From positions 42,656,001 to 42,720,000 of the forward strand of contig OY740788.1 of the NCBI GenBank assembly GCA_963514005.1: 64,000 nucleotides of DNA, given 5' to 3'. The stretch comes from Raja brachyura. Lineage: Eukaryota. How positions within the stretch are numbered: the first letter of the stretch is position 1; the number at the start of each line of letters is the position of its first letter. This document shows positions 25,095 to 38,050 of this stretch, piece after piece. The notes beneath the pieces were generated by a model. The model worked only from the letters and a program-made list of their open reading frames with translations, made no database searches and was not told the DNA's origin. The position numbers were made by a program, and so were the translations under genes.

Positions 25095-25810
25095 AAAAAA
25101 AGACACAAATCTGCTGGAGTAACTCAGCAAGTCTGGCAGCATCTTGGAAAACATGGGTAAGCAATGTTTTGGGTTGGGACAATGGCACAGCGGTAGAGTT
25201 GTTGCCTTGTGGCGCCGGAGACCCGGGTACGATCCTAACTACAGGTGCCGTCTGTACGGAGTTTGTACATTCTCCCGGCGACTGCGTGGGATTTTCTCTG
25301 GGTGCTCCGGTTTCCCCCCCATACTCCAAAGATGTACAGGTTTGTAGGTTAATTGGCTTCATTAAAAATTGTACATTGCCCTTAGTGTGTACGATAATGC
25401 TAGTTTATTAATGCTGGATCAGTGGTCCTTGCTGACTTGATGGGCTGAAGGGCCTGTTTCCGCGCTGTATCATTCAAGTCCAAGGTGTAAAGACGCTTCT
25501 CCAGACTGATTTTGGTGGTGGGGGAGAGACTAGAATAGTAGTGGGGGTAGGACAAAGCCTGACAAGTGATAGGTGGATACAAGTCAGGGTGGGGGGGGTG
25601 GGGGGAGGTTGATTGGCAACTGGGAGAACAAAGGCCAGACATGAAAAGGCAACTTTAAAACAACTTTGTGCACAGTTGTTCCTAAAACAAGTGCTAATGG
25701 ATCCAAACAGACTGCTGGACGAACATTTTCCTGCACTGAGCTGCCTAACCCACTCAGTTTGTCCAGCAGCTTTATTTTGTGCAAAATTCCAGTATCTGCA
25801 ATCTCTTTTG
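25095..25810. mobile_element. Penelope-derived terminus (with purine-rich 3'UTR) interrupted by a V-SINE
   Basis: GACACAAATCTGCTGGAGTAACTCAGC arm at 25102. The element resumes at ~25490 (CTTCTCCAGACTGA...GGACAAAGCCTGACAAGTGATAGGTGG), with an inverted arm at 25725-25805. Confidence 0.65.
25180..25475 (+). mobile_element. tRNA-derived V-SINE (HE1-like), near full length
   Basis: A-box GGCACAGCGGTAGAG, B-box GGGTACGATCC, V-domain, and tail ATGGGCTGAAGGGCCTGTTTCCGCGCTGTATC. Confidence 0.9.
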
Positions 25811-27204
25811 TATCCAATAGGTTGATTAACTCTTTACATATAAACAAGGATAGGGAAGCAGATTTCAGAAACTTCTCTGAATCCGCTCCTTAATGCCCCA
25901 TTGAGAATGTGCTAGTAGTGGGGTTAAGACGTACATTTGGACATCAGCAGACTTTGTTCATGTAGCAAAGATTTGCTCAGGGCCCGTTCTGCAGTATTAC
26001 TGACCATGGGATCAAGGAACATGGAGACTTTGTTCTAACAGGCAGAAATGCTACGAGTAAGATCCATGCTTATGGAAGATTCAGCCCCTGTGCCAATTTT
26101 TCTTCCACAATTTTGAAAGAGCTAATCAGTAAAGATTATTTTCTGAGACGGTGGAATCATTCACGAAGGATCAATACATTTCAAAATGACAGCAAATGAA
26201 TGAAGATAACAGGCAAAAGTTATTTACACTGAGACTACGTACTCTGCTGCAAGTGAGTAGTTAGAAGAAACTAGTGAAACTTTGAAGGGAAAATTGGAAA
26301 AAAAATATTTGATGCACCAGAACAAATAGAACTGTGGAAAGAGAGATTAGTTTTTGGATTTCTGAAGCCAACAAACCGACACAAAGCCAACAGGCAAAAG
26401 CAGCGGAGTGGGTTTATGTGCTGTAAATCTCGACAGTTCTGGAGGATTTTTTATGCCATCATAGAAGTTGCCAGTTCTCTCCACTCAAATTCATTTAATA
26501 GATTTAACTTTAGAATCAAGTCTCAAGCCAAGTATTAGATACTCCAAATCTTCACTAATCCAAGTACTTCTAAATTTACAAATTTAAGTGACATATTATG
26601 GAATTTATACGTCCTCAGCTTTGGATTTTGTTACTTTCACTATTTTGTGCTTCAATCGACATGAAACATTGGAATTTTAAAATAGTAGATATACTGTATA
26701 TTAGATCTACAAAATTAAAACTATGGCAAATTAATAAAAAGAAATGCAATCACACTTAACATAATTGAAAATGAGTTCTGAGCAACTACTGTTAAATTAT
26801 AACCTGCACCACACACCGTATCAAAGTTCAACACAGTATTAATTTATTGGCCTGAAAAGTGCCATCTGCCAAATTTAATCATACAGACAAGACAGAGCTA
26901 GGCAGGGCACTGTAGAAATAATACAAAAGGTAAACTGTCAAAATAACCAGGGTGGATTGATGGAGCTTCATCCATGTCAATGCATACTGACCTCAGAGGT
27001 GGAACATGGATACTGCAACCCATTCAATGTGTTAGAGCTCTGAGGTTGCCACAGTGATGTAAGGATATTCATGCTAAACTGTTTAAGCTTAAAACTTTCT
27101 TCATTACTGGCCAAATGGAGATAACATTTTATGTTTAATTTCTTTCTATGGCAGAACTGAACAGTAAAATATTTTACAATATATCTATCTTCTTTGCAAT
27201 AAGA

Positions 27205-27500
27205 ACAAATGCAATCCAGATTCAGGGACAGTTTCTTCCAGCTATTATCAGGCAACTAAACCATCCTACCAACAACTAGAGAACGGTCCTGAGCTATTAT
27301 CTATCTCATTGGAGCCCTGATTATCTTTGATTGGACTTTACTGGACTTTATCTTGCACTAAGTGTTATTCCCTTTATCATGTATCTGTACACCATGGATG
27401 GCCCGATTGTAATCTTGTATGCTCTTGCTGCTGACTAGTTAGCACGCAACAAAAACTTTTCACTATACCACGTGACAATAAATGAAATAACTAAACTAAA
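27205..27500 (+). mobile_element. Rex1/Babar-like LINE 3' end
   Basis: AGATTCAGGGACAGTTTCTTCC...ATCAGGCAACTAAAC (RFRDSFF..IRQLN-like), then 3'UTR, GTGACAATAAA and a (CTAAA)n tail. Confidence 0.7.
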
Positions 27501-27727
27501 TGAAGCATTTCCATACAGATGCAAAGGATTATTCCTATGACAGTGGTCTGCAGTCGAAACTCTATTCTAGAACACTGGTGTCTTCGCCTAGAAGATTATG
27601 AGTTCAGTTTTATCCCTTGAAAAGGTTATTGCTAATTCCTGACCAGGTTCAAACAGCAAAACCTCTAAATCTTTAGAGAAGAGAATCATTTGTACATGGT
27701 TTTATGTCTTTACTCCAACAAACTTGT

Positions 27728-27915
27728 TGGCACAGCTAGTAAGAGCTGCTAACACACAGCACCAGTGACCTGGGTTCAATCCTAACTTAGGGTGCTGACT
27801 GTGTGGAGTTTGCATGTTCTCTCGGTGATTGCGTGTGCTTCCTCCAGATGCTTCCGATTCCTCCCATATTCCAAAGACGTGTGAGTCAGTAGGTTTATTG
27901 GCCACTGCAAATTGG
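27728..27915 (+). mobile_element. V-SINE, 3'-truncated
   Basis: TGGCACAGCTAGTAAGAG, GGGTTCAATCC and TGTGTGGAGTTTGCATGTTCTC. Confidence 0.8.
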
Positions 27916-27984
27916 CTTTACAGTCTGGACGAGTTGTAGAAACCATGGGGAGTTCATGGGAATGTGAGAAGAGGGGCTTCTTAG

Positions 27985-28298
27985 TAGTGCAGCTGGTAGA
28001 GCTGCTGCCTCACACCGTAAGAAATCCCGGTTGGATCCTGACCTCGGGTACTGTCTGTGTGGAGTTTGCATGTTCTCCCTCTGACCCCGTTGGTTTCCTC
28101 CGGGTGCTCTAGGTAACTCGCACATCACAAGGAAGTGTGGGTAGGTTATTTGGCTTGTGTAAAATTACCCCTAGTGTATAGGAGAGTGGATGTGATAGTG
28201 GGCTAAAATAGAACTAGTTTGAACAGGTGATTGGGTCGACGTGGACTCGGTGGGCTGAAGGAACTATTTCCACGCTGCATCCCAAAACTAAGACTAAA
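27985..28298 (+). mobile_element. V-SINE (HE1-like)
   Basis: GCAGCTGGTAGAGCTGCTGCCTCAC, GGTTGGATCC, V-domain, and tail GGGCTGAAGGAACTATTTCC. Confidence 0.85.
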
Positions 28299-31200
28299 CC
28301 AACATTAAAAAAAAATAGGATTCATTTGCTTAATTGAGTGTTTGACGTTCATTGCAGGCACGCCGGGTTACAGGGCCTGATTCTGTGCTGTATATCTTCA
28401 TAACTTCAGACTATATTGAGCTGAAGGATCACGATTCAGATTACCAGCTTGCGTCGACTGCTATCAGTCTTACGCAAGCGTCAAGTAAGAAAAGTAGAGC
28501 ATGAAAGTTTAACGCAAAGAACAAGGCCATTTGTATATCACGGTTATACTAATTTTATTTTACAGCAATCCACAGCTAATCCCACTGTCCCTAAAGCACA
28601 TTATCGTCCTTTGCACCAAAAATTTGACTTTCAAAGCAATTTTACCCATTCTATCAGGTGGGAAGCTAAAGTGAAGCAGAGCAAACATCCTGTCGATCTT
28701 ATTCACTGTGAAACCCGAGGTGATCCGACTTGGGTTAAATTTAAGCAAATAAAAAAGTTATGGTGATAGGGTTGTGCACAGCTTTGTTCAAAAATGCATC
28801 TACCACAAGAGGATGGGGTGAAATAAGAGAAGAGACTATGGAAAGTAAACCAAGGTGTGAAAATATCAAAAACTTTCATAGACACCATTCATGTCATTTA
28901 ATTGACATTCCATTGATGCTTATGCACAATTAACAGTGCATTTGCTGAGGCATGAATTCATTCCCCGGTACATTCTGATATTTGATCGACAAAGATGATT
29001 CGATAAGGGAAGTTTTTGCTTGCTACAGTGCTTTCCAATTAAAAATTTTCCTGGCGTGAAGCCGCAATATTGCACATGAAAGCAAGGGATAATACATTAA
29101 TTATACAACAATTCTTCCGATTGTTTCTATTTCAAATTTAGATGCCAGTAGTAACTTTTAAAGAGCCAATCCCACCTTTCATACAGTAAATTTAAAGGCA
29201 CCAGCAGGCATGTCAGAGGCAGAGCTTGTTACTATTGCACGCTTGTTTTGGGGAAGGTGAGATGCTTGAAATGCTTTTCATTCTTTATGGTTAGTTGTGA
29301 CTTCAGTCGGCAAATGTGTTATCATGGAATAAGCTGCTAGATAAGCACCTCTGAAGAGATGCAGCACATGCCGAGTACTGACCTTTAAAAACACAATAAA
29401 GTTGCTGTAACCCAATCCTAGAGACCAGGTGCATCAGATATATAGGGTTGCTCAGCTGTTCTGAATTTACAAGAGGGCAGGAAAATGTGCCACACCCAGA
29501 ATGGGTTTGCCTTTCTGCTAATCAACACTTTGATGCTTCATAGGATACTGTGTGAGGCTGCAAACGCCGCTTCAGAATTATTATTTTTTAAATGGGAATC
29601 CCTCATGCAACGAATAGTGTCATCACAATGGTGGCTCACCTCAAGAAAATAAAGCAATGCTGAATAAAATCAAGAAAAGTGTACAAATGTTGGAATCTAG
29701 GGCTCACACAAGCAAATTCCAGTCAAAATTAACCTTAACGCAGTGCAGGCTCGATGGACCAAATAGCCACCTATTTTCTATGTTTTCCATGACAATCCCT
29801 CTGGAGGCCACAGGCTTTGAAATCCACAAACTTTGTTATTCTATAACAATTTAATTATCAAATCTTTTTTTTCCCCTGTGTTATTTGGAGATGTTCAGGT
29901 AACAAAGCTCCGTCAATATCTCATTCAGGTGAAGCTCCAAAAGCCTAACAAAGCTGGGCTGTTGGCCAAGCCTTTTGAAAGTGCAACAGTGACTGAGGCT
30001 AACTTAACTGAGCAAAGATTTGCTCTGCTCAGAGCAGGAACTTGACTACAGCAGAACCAGTACTGACAGCGAAGGTGTAGACCTGAATTCTAACAATGCT
30101 GTATCCAGCCTGTGTGCAGGCAACTGGAACTGGCACTCACACTGCATGCAAAGGGGGGCCACAGCCTTACTCCTCTTCAGGCTCGGCTTGTTCTGAAGGC
30201 TAACATCAAGCAATTAGTATAATTAATCTGAGACAATGAGATGTGTTACCACTTATCAAATTGATTGTTCTTCCATCAAAACAAACTAAAGAAGCTTCTT
30301 TCTGTAAGGTACTATATAATTTCACCAGATGATTCAAAATGTCATGTTGCAGCAAGCCAATTAAAACAAAATAGCCACTGTCTAAAATGCATGATTTAGA
30401 TTGGTTTGACCATTTGGCTTAGTGCTTACTACAAGTAATTTTATGTCTTGCAGCTTTAAAAAAAAGGACACATCTGAGGCTACAATATGTTTGTGTATTG
30501 CAGAGAGTTTCGGACATATTTTAAATGGCAAAAGTAACCACGTTTTTTTTATGTCAGATCTTAAATTATTCAACACATTCTAACACTGAAGGAATCTTTA
30601 CATTTCTCTGCTACGCGGCCCATTTCCAATTTACATAAATAAATAAAAAAAATCCTCTCTTACAATTTTTGGTAGCTTATTTCTCGGCTTTTATATCATA
30701 ATAGATTATTATAAAATGTGATCACTTAAAACAGACTCCAAATAATTTCTCTAGTTTAAAAGGCACAAAGAAATATAATAATGCTCTGCCGGTTATATTT
30801 TCATAACTTATTTATTTGGATTCAATATGCTTAATATACATCAGCGGAGTCTTGACGAGCATTCTAAGGTAGATTTCCCCTCCAGAGAGAAAAAAAAAAT
30901 TGAAATAATTTCAGGCCTTACAAGTGGTTTGAAATGGATATCTGCATGCACCCGTACAAGGAAATAAGGCTCTTAAAACAAAGCTAGCATGTGACATACA
31001 CACAACAGCACTGTGGTTGAAAGGCTGTGCAGCCCTGAGATATTCAACTGATCGCTCCTTGCAAACACCTAACTTTCTATTGTAAACTGGGAGAGAGAAA
31101 CCTGTACTGACTGATCAAATCAGAATCAGTTTGACCTGAATTTAACGTGATTCTCAAAAGAAACAAAGTACAGAATCTAGTGCGGCATTGCTGCTCTCTA

Positions 31201-32694
31201 AATTATCAGGATTGCACGTTCACTGTGTGTTTCCCTGTGATTTCTCAGCCCACATCGCAGCACAGCAAGGTGTTAAATTCCAGGATTTTTTTTTTCCGCT
31301 AAAATCCCCGGGTCTGTTGATATTTAGCCGCAGAGATCAAACACCACTCATGCAGGACATGGTGAGAATATGAAAAGACATGTGGTGAACTGGCCCGGCA
31401 GACACACTGTTCAGTTGTCAGTCAGACAGAGCCCATCACCACTGCCACCCTCTCTCACAAAGCTAAACATCTCTTTATGTCAGAACAAATTGGGCGATCT
31501 TCAAATCATCTCCCCCCCCCCCCCCCCCCCCACGACAGAAAGGAATTCAGAGCAGGAAACAGAATGTGGAAATGACTGCGAAAAGATAGGTCAGTTCCCA
31601 GGGAATCGCGGGGCCGCGGTGACATCGTGAACAGGCAATGATCACTACTCAGCTCCAATACAAACCAGTTTATTCTGTGGGCATGGCTGATCACTTCACT
31701 GCCTAAAGGGACCATCATTTCATAAGTGTACAAATCGAAAAATAACTCCCGCATGTGAAACACTTAAGTGTCAGCAGCAGCATGCTGCACTATTAAATTT
31801 AAACGGAAAAGCTTACATCTTTGAAAGGAACGGTGTGCCCACAGAATAAAAGGACCTCTCAGCGTAGAGGTGGGAAAGGTGGGAGTCCCAGTGGGCTTCT
31901 CCCACTTGCGCCACGCACCGTGCATGTACCCACGGCGTTTGCGAAGGAGAAGCCACCCTCACTGGTGCTGGTGAAATACCCAGTTCTTTTTACACACACA
32001 TTTGCACCTGCGCACGTCTCAGATTTGCGTTTTCAATGATTCGAGTTGTCTTTAATTCTTTTAATAACAAAGCATATTTTGGCAACATTTTTGCAAAGAG
32101 TTTCTTCTTCATTTTTTCGACTTGCTTCGGTGAGAAAAAGGGATCTCGGCAGTCACCTTACACCAAATGCTCATTCAGAAATCTTATTCAGATTTCAACC
32201 ATCAGTTGTGAAAAAAGCTGGCAGAAATAAAGGAAACCTGGCCTGCCAGATGGAAAAGATATGGATTTGATAACACAATCTTTTACTAATTAGGGCCAAA
32301 TGCAAAAAAAAGATGTTAACAATATATCAAAATATTTCGTATTTTTTCAATCGCAGTTATTTTTTTACAACATATTTAATATTGTGCCAAAAAATGTGTT
32401 CTTCAGCTGGCAGAATATGCTTGAATAACAAAGAAGTAATACTGCATTTGTCTTTGTGATGTTGATTCCCAAAGCTCACATCCACCTGCTTCCATCAAGT
32501 TTCATCAGTTCTTGGCCTCTCTACTTGATGAAGTGGAAAGCTTCAACCGTGCCATCTCCGGGTCAGAGATGGGACATGAGGAAACATGAATAAAAAAACC
32601 AAAGAGGAAAGTTTCACACAAAATCAAAGTTGAAGGGGGTGTCAATGTATGGGAGCCGAGTGGGGGCTTGATTCAGAAGGCAGACCATCGCTCG

Positions 32695-32966
32695 ATTTCA
32701 CATTCCCAGTCACCGACTGCATACTTGGGAAGATGAGATCTGCATGTGGTGTGATTTCCAGCACAAATAACGCATGGACAATCCAGGAAAAATAACAAGA
32801 ACTGTGCTGGCTCAAAGCGGAGGTGAAACTGTGATTCCTAGGGCTCAGCTTAGTGCTTCCATGGGCGATGTGTGTGGTGATCAACAGCTGGTAGTCTGCC
32901 TGATGCCTGCATTCATTGTCAGGGAGCACAGTGGAGTTCAAAATGGTCATGGCATCAAGCCTTGTG
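32695..32966 (+). repeat. Copy 1 of a ~270-bp diverged direct repeat
   Basis: Colinear with 34592-34862 (ATTTCACATTCCCA...GGGAAGATGAGATCTGC...CCTGCATTCATTGTCAGGGAGCACAGTGGAGTTCA...TCAAGCCTTGTG). Confidence 0.9.
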
Positions 32967-33133
32967 TGCTGTTGGTAAGGTGTGGTCAAAAATGTTTTGA
33001 AGGAAGCAATATGGTATAAACAAGAAATAAATTAACTAAAACAAGGTGCATAATTACAAGAGAAAACTTGAAACTCAAGATCAAAAGAAGGGATGAGGGA
33101 AACACAAATACGCACATAGGTAAAATAGAGCAC

Positions 33134-33497
33134 TGTGTGTACATGCACACACTCGCACACACATACATACACCCACATGCAGATATGTGCACACAGACAC
33201 TCACATGCACACTCACACACACACAGATGCAAGCAAACAGACACGTACACACACCCACACAAGCACAGACCTGCACACAGACACGCACACACAGAGACGC
33301 GTGCACGGTCATACCTGCACAGGCACACGCACACATACTTGCACACACCCACAGATGCACAGACACACATAGAGACGTGCGCACACACAGTCATGCGCAC
33401 ACGCAGAAACACAGACCCGCACACACAAATGCAGGCGCACACACACACGTACGTGCACACACCCACACAAGCACAGACACGCGCGCACACACACACA
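33134..33497 (+). repeat. Long degenerate (CA)n/(RY)n microsatellite
   Basis: About 360 bp of alternating purine-pyrimidine sequence; source of the HT/CV-rich spurious ORFs. Confidence 0.95.
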
Positions 33498-33744
33498 AAG
33501 CACTAGTTCGCTGCTGATGGTTTGTGTCTTTTATAAACTATTTACAGAATAATCCTGACAATTGACATAGGCACCGGTGGCCTTGGGTGTTTGCAGGTTA
33601 GCTGTCCCAACCTTTCAGCTACATTAACAAACATTTATTGTATAGAACTAAATAGACTGATACATAATGGTGCCCTTGCCTCTATTTTCCTTTGACATTC
33701 TCTCTTTAAAGATTTCCTCATAATGTGTGATGTCATCAAATAAT

Positions 33745-34120
33745 AAACTGCTGGAAGAGGTCAGCGAGTCAGGCAGCATCTGTGGAGCAAATAGACAGTT
33801 TGGCTTTCAGGTTGAGACCATCCAGTGCTGAGAAAGCGTCTTGATCCAAACCATTGACTGTCCATTTGGATGCAGATGTGATAGAATCATTTTAGAGACT
33901 TTGGGTTAGGCACATGGATATCCAGGGAATGGAGGAACATGGATCACCTGCGGGCAGAGGGGATTAGTTTAACAGCATCGGTATTCGGCAGATATTGTGG
34001 GTCAAAGGGCATGTTCCTGTGCTGTACTGTTGTTTGATGTTCTAAGTTCCCTCCACGTTGCGCTCCACCAGCAGTTTATTTTTTTGCTCCAGATTCCAGC
34101 ATCTGCTGACTTTTGCGTCC
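33745..34120. mobile_element. Penelope-derived fold-back element interrupted by a CR1 3' tail (~33885-34045, +)
   Basis: CTGCTGGAAGAGGTCAGCGAGTCAGGCAGCATCTGTGG left arm and CTCCAGATTCCAGCATCTGC right arm, with an internal GGCACATGGATA...GGGTCAAAGGGCATGTTCCTGTGCTGTAC CR1 tail. Confidence 0.7.
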
Positions 34121-34591
34121 CCATTTTATATTATCTAATCTTGTTAACAGAAACACACCCAAATCATTGATATAACTTTCATTATCTGTACCGAGTATTC
34201 AAGCAAACCTTTTACCGATAATAAATGCACAAATTCTTTGAAACTGCTCCAAACACTCAGAAGACTATTTAGCAGTGAGCCCGTTAATGCCTCATCAATA
34301 ATGCTTAAAGCAATTCAGTCTTGTTCATTGCATATTGGTGAAGACTTTCAATAATTCACTACATTTAATTGGTACTTCCCCAATTCCTTCAGCCGGCAAG
34401 ATCCTGATCAGTGTAGAACTGAGACATAAGAAACAAGTGGGTCAGAGTCAAACAATCTTGTCTCTCTGTCAGAAGGAATGTTATAATTTGCTACAAGACT
34501 ACCCTGATATATTTTGCCTTACAGACACAAGGACTATTGGCAGTGCGACAAAAGAAAGCAAGCAGTGAATCTAAAGGCACACTATCTCTCT

Positions 34592-34862
34592 ATTTCACAT
34601 TCCCAATCATCGACAGCATATTTGGGAAGATGAGATCTGCGTATGGTGTGATTTCCAGCACAAATGACCCATGGACAATACAAGAAAAATAACAAAGAAA
34701 GTGCTGGGTAAGAGTGGAGGTGGAACTGTGATGCAGAGGGCTCAGCTGAGTGTTTCCATGGGCAAAGTGTGTGCGAACATCACCTGGTAGTCTGCCTGAC
34801 ACCTGCATTCATTGTCAGGGAGCACAGTGGAGTTCATAATGGTCATGATATCAAGCCTTGTG
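34592..34862 (+). repeat. Copy 2 of the ~270-bp diverged direct repeat
   Basis: Colinear with 32695-32966, roughly 80% identical by eye. Confidence 0.9.
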
Positions 34863-35677
34863 CACCGTTTCAAGCTCATCTTACTGTAAGGAAGTGGTTG
34901 GAAACTTTGTGCACAGTGAAGAAACAAGAAACAGCAGATGCTGGTTTCCACAAAAGGACACAAAGTGTTGGAGGGGGTAACTCAGCATCTCTGGAAATCT
35001 CTTGAAAGACAAGTGTTCAACTCACATTGATAGTCCCATGAAATGCAGCGCATGTCCTCTTCTGAAGTCTCAATTGTGGCTGCAGTATGGAAGCCATCAA
35101 TAAAAACCCTCCTCATCAAAGCTTACATGTTGTAATGCATTCATGTTGGTGACTTGTTTCTCAGACTCCCTCTGTGAAAAAGATTTGTGCACATCTTTCT
35201 CTTCCATCTCTTGCTCTTGCCTCTTCCTGGAGCTAGACCTGATCTGCGTGCCCTTCATTCATTCTCCTTGTCATGCGGCAATGCGTAGGGATTATTTACT
35301 AATGTACTCATACCTCTGAGCAACTCATTTGTACAAAAGGCTCGAAGTCAGCAAAGTCATTCAGTGCCGCATTGCTCCCTGTAGACTTTGCAACTTGAAA
35401 TAATGAAAGACAGCACCAAATGCTTGCGGAATCAAATCAGCTACCAGAAGAAATAAACTAGCAACTGACCCATAAGTAGCTTATCATCTTTTTTTTTTTT
35501 AAATGGCATGGTACGATGGGGTCACTGTGGGGTTGAGAGTCCTTCCTTCTGTTTACATTAAGCAGGGCACCATTATGGGATGGTATTAGCTGGAGCAATG
35601 TGTTTCAAAATGGCTGCACTATAAATCAGCATTTGACTTTGTAATATTCCTTTGCTGCAAAGTTCCAATGAGCATTT

Positions 35678-35985
35678 TAGTTTAGCTTAGTACTTTAGTT
35701 TAGTTTAGAGATATAGCATGGAAACAAGTCCCTTGGTCTACCAAGTCCATTCCGACTATCGATCAACCGTTCACACTAGTTCCATGTTAGCCCACTTTCC
35801 CACCCACTACACACTAGGGACAATTTACAGAGACAAATTAACATACAAACCCACATATATTTGGTATTTGGGAGGACAAGGGTGCACCTGTAGGAAAGCC
35901 ACACAGTCCAAGTGAGAACTCCACACAGACAGCACCCAAGGTCAGGATCGAACCTGGGTCTCTGGCACTGGTAGGCAGGAGGTCT
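35678..35985 (-). mobile_element. V-SINE (HE1-like)
   Basis: (TTTAG)n tail and GGATCGAACC B-box complement at ~35945. Confidence 0.85.
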
Positions 35986-38050
35986 GTTCATGGATTCTAT
36001 AATATGTCAAAAATACCGCGATCTGATCCTCAAATTAGCATGCAAATGGTGCACATTTTGGATGACCAAAGGTTATTAACTTGCACATAAATCGGAGGAT
36101 AGAGATCTGAATACAATGAAGTTTGATGCAGTTATTTAGCCACATGAATTCAACAGGTTTCATCAGTGTTTTGCCTCGAGAATAAAAAGCAGATTGATTA
36201 GGGGGAGGAGGTTCATGCAGTAACATCATAACATCTTTTCCTTGTTAATCAAAAACTGAATGACGAAGGCAGCTGCTATTAAGATGGCAGCAAAGAAAAG
36301 GAGTGGGCTGAAGTAGAGGTTGATAAAAATGTAAATAGGAAATAACTAGTTCGGCCTAAATTTCAACAATGTTATCATTTCCCATTAAGGTGGTTCCCGC
36401 TGCTTTTTGCTGGTGATTAAACTCTTGATAATTGCCACACGTATGGAAGATTGCACTAGATGTTATAATATGGAGAAAACTTCTTGAACATCAAATGTTG
36501 CAAAAAAGCATTAACTTAGCAGTGGATCAGCAATATTGAAACTAATGGACTTGGGTTACTGATCCCTTTTGCTGTTAATAAATTGAAGTCTTTGGTCTAA
36601 AATTATATTTGTCCTGGAGTTTTATTGTAACAATCATAATAGTCCTTTGAAGAATAGTATCAGAACAGCCAAAAACAAATGAGCAGACAGTACCGGTCTG
36701 GATCTGCACCAGCTTGCTCGATAACAAGTCAATTAATTGATTACATTTCTGTTGATTAAAATGTTTCAATCAATTGTAATCAATTAATCGCCACAGACCT
36801 GCTCAAGATAACCTATGGATCAGGAATGCATAATAAACACGAGGAATGTATATGTGCGTAAAATACAAATAAAGATATTTCAACCCATGCTCACGCACAA
36901 AGTCTAAAAGCAAATAAGATTAACTTTTTTTTTTCTAAACCACAAGACAAATGGGCTTAAAGGCTACAGAAAAACACCAATGTGGGAACTACACAATACT
37001 TAATCATCTTTCGTGATTACTCAATAAGGATTAACACTAAAGAAAGGTTCAATATTACATTTCCTTCTATTCTGCATTTTTATTTACTTTTGGTAATAAC
37101 TGACATCTTTAATATCCAGAAATATTGAAGTAGTGTTTTAAAGAAAGTTAACAAGTGCAAATTCAGGCACAATAAGATGCCCCAGCACGCAAATAATACA
37201 ATATCAAGTGCTTTAGACACAGTCAAAATTACTGTCTAAGATGGAAAGGCTAAATTCCTTGCAGATTTTGTTTTAACATAAAGTCCCAATAAGAAGATCA
37301 GCTCAATATACTGAAATAATGGAATATTCATCCTCATAATCCATATGCATTTTTTTCAGGAGCTGTTGAGCAATGAATATGAGGCATGCCTGTATTCAGG
37401 ATTTAAATAAGATGTCTTTCTAAAACATACTGTTATCATTTCCGCACCATCGCATCCAATATGACAAGGTTAACATTTTTTTTCTCCAGCTGAAATGAAG
37501 GGACCACAATGCAGTGTTGTCTTAAACAAAATAATATATTGAAACATTATGTTTGTCAGTGAATTCAAAATCTAAAATAATATTTGGTACCCATCCGTTT
37601 TCACTTCGGGGAAAAACAACATATTGAATATCAATATAAGGTACAGATGTTTGCCAGGATATTGTCTGCTATTGAGCTAGATCATTCACTGTGCTGTTGC
37701 ACCTTTAATCCTTTCTGGTTAAATCAGGACACAATCAGCTCAACTGCTGCTACAGAAAATAATGGAAAATTCTCAGATTCTTTAAAATTGAACCAGATTA
37801 ACAAATAATTGCAATATTACATAAAGGGTGCACTGGCAAAATTAACTGGTCAAATTTGAATTCCTAATTCTGGTCATTTACTTACAGTTTATTAAAGTTA
37901 AATATCTAATGTAAAATGTAGAAAGCCATCTCCCAGGTGCCCTGGTAATGATTCACTTAAAATTCTTGTGAAGTTGGATTTCATGTTTGTTTTCACTTTT
38001 GGAAGGTTTATACCTTACATGGTAGCGACTGCATTTACACAATGCACATA

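Noticed and set aside
25180-25260. tRNA gene-like A and B boxes (also at other SINE heads)
   Set aside because: These are heads of tRNA-derived V-SINEs; there is no complete cloverleaf.
13047-29387. Three perfect ERREs noticed (13047-13055, 18487-18495, 29379-29387) as an autoregulatory array
   Set aside because: About two or more matches to an 8-base-specified motif are expected by chance in 64 kb on both strands, so there is no enrichment.
32986-33517. Cys/Val and His/Thr-rich ORFs of 120-154 aa
   Set aside because: Translations of the CA microsatellite.
36690-36800. AATCAATT/GATTAA repeats suggesting a hAT MITE remnant
   Set aside because: I could not define TIRs or a TSD.
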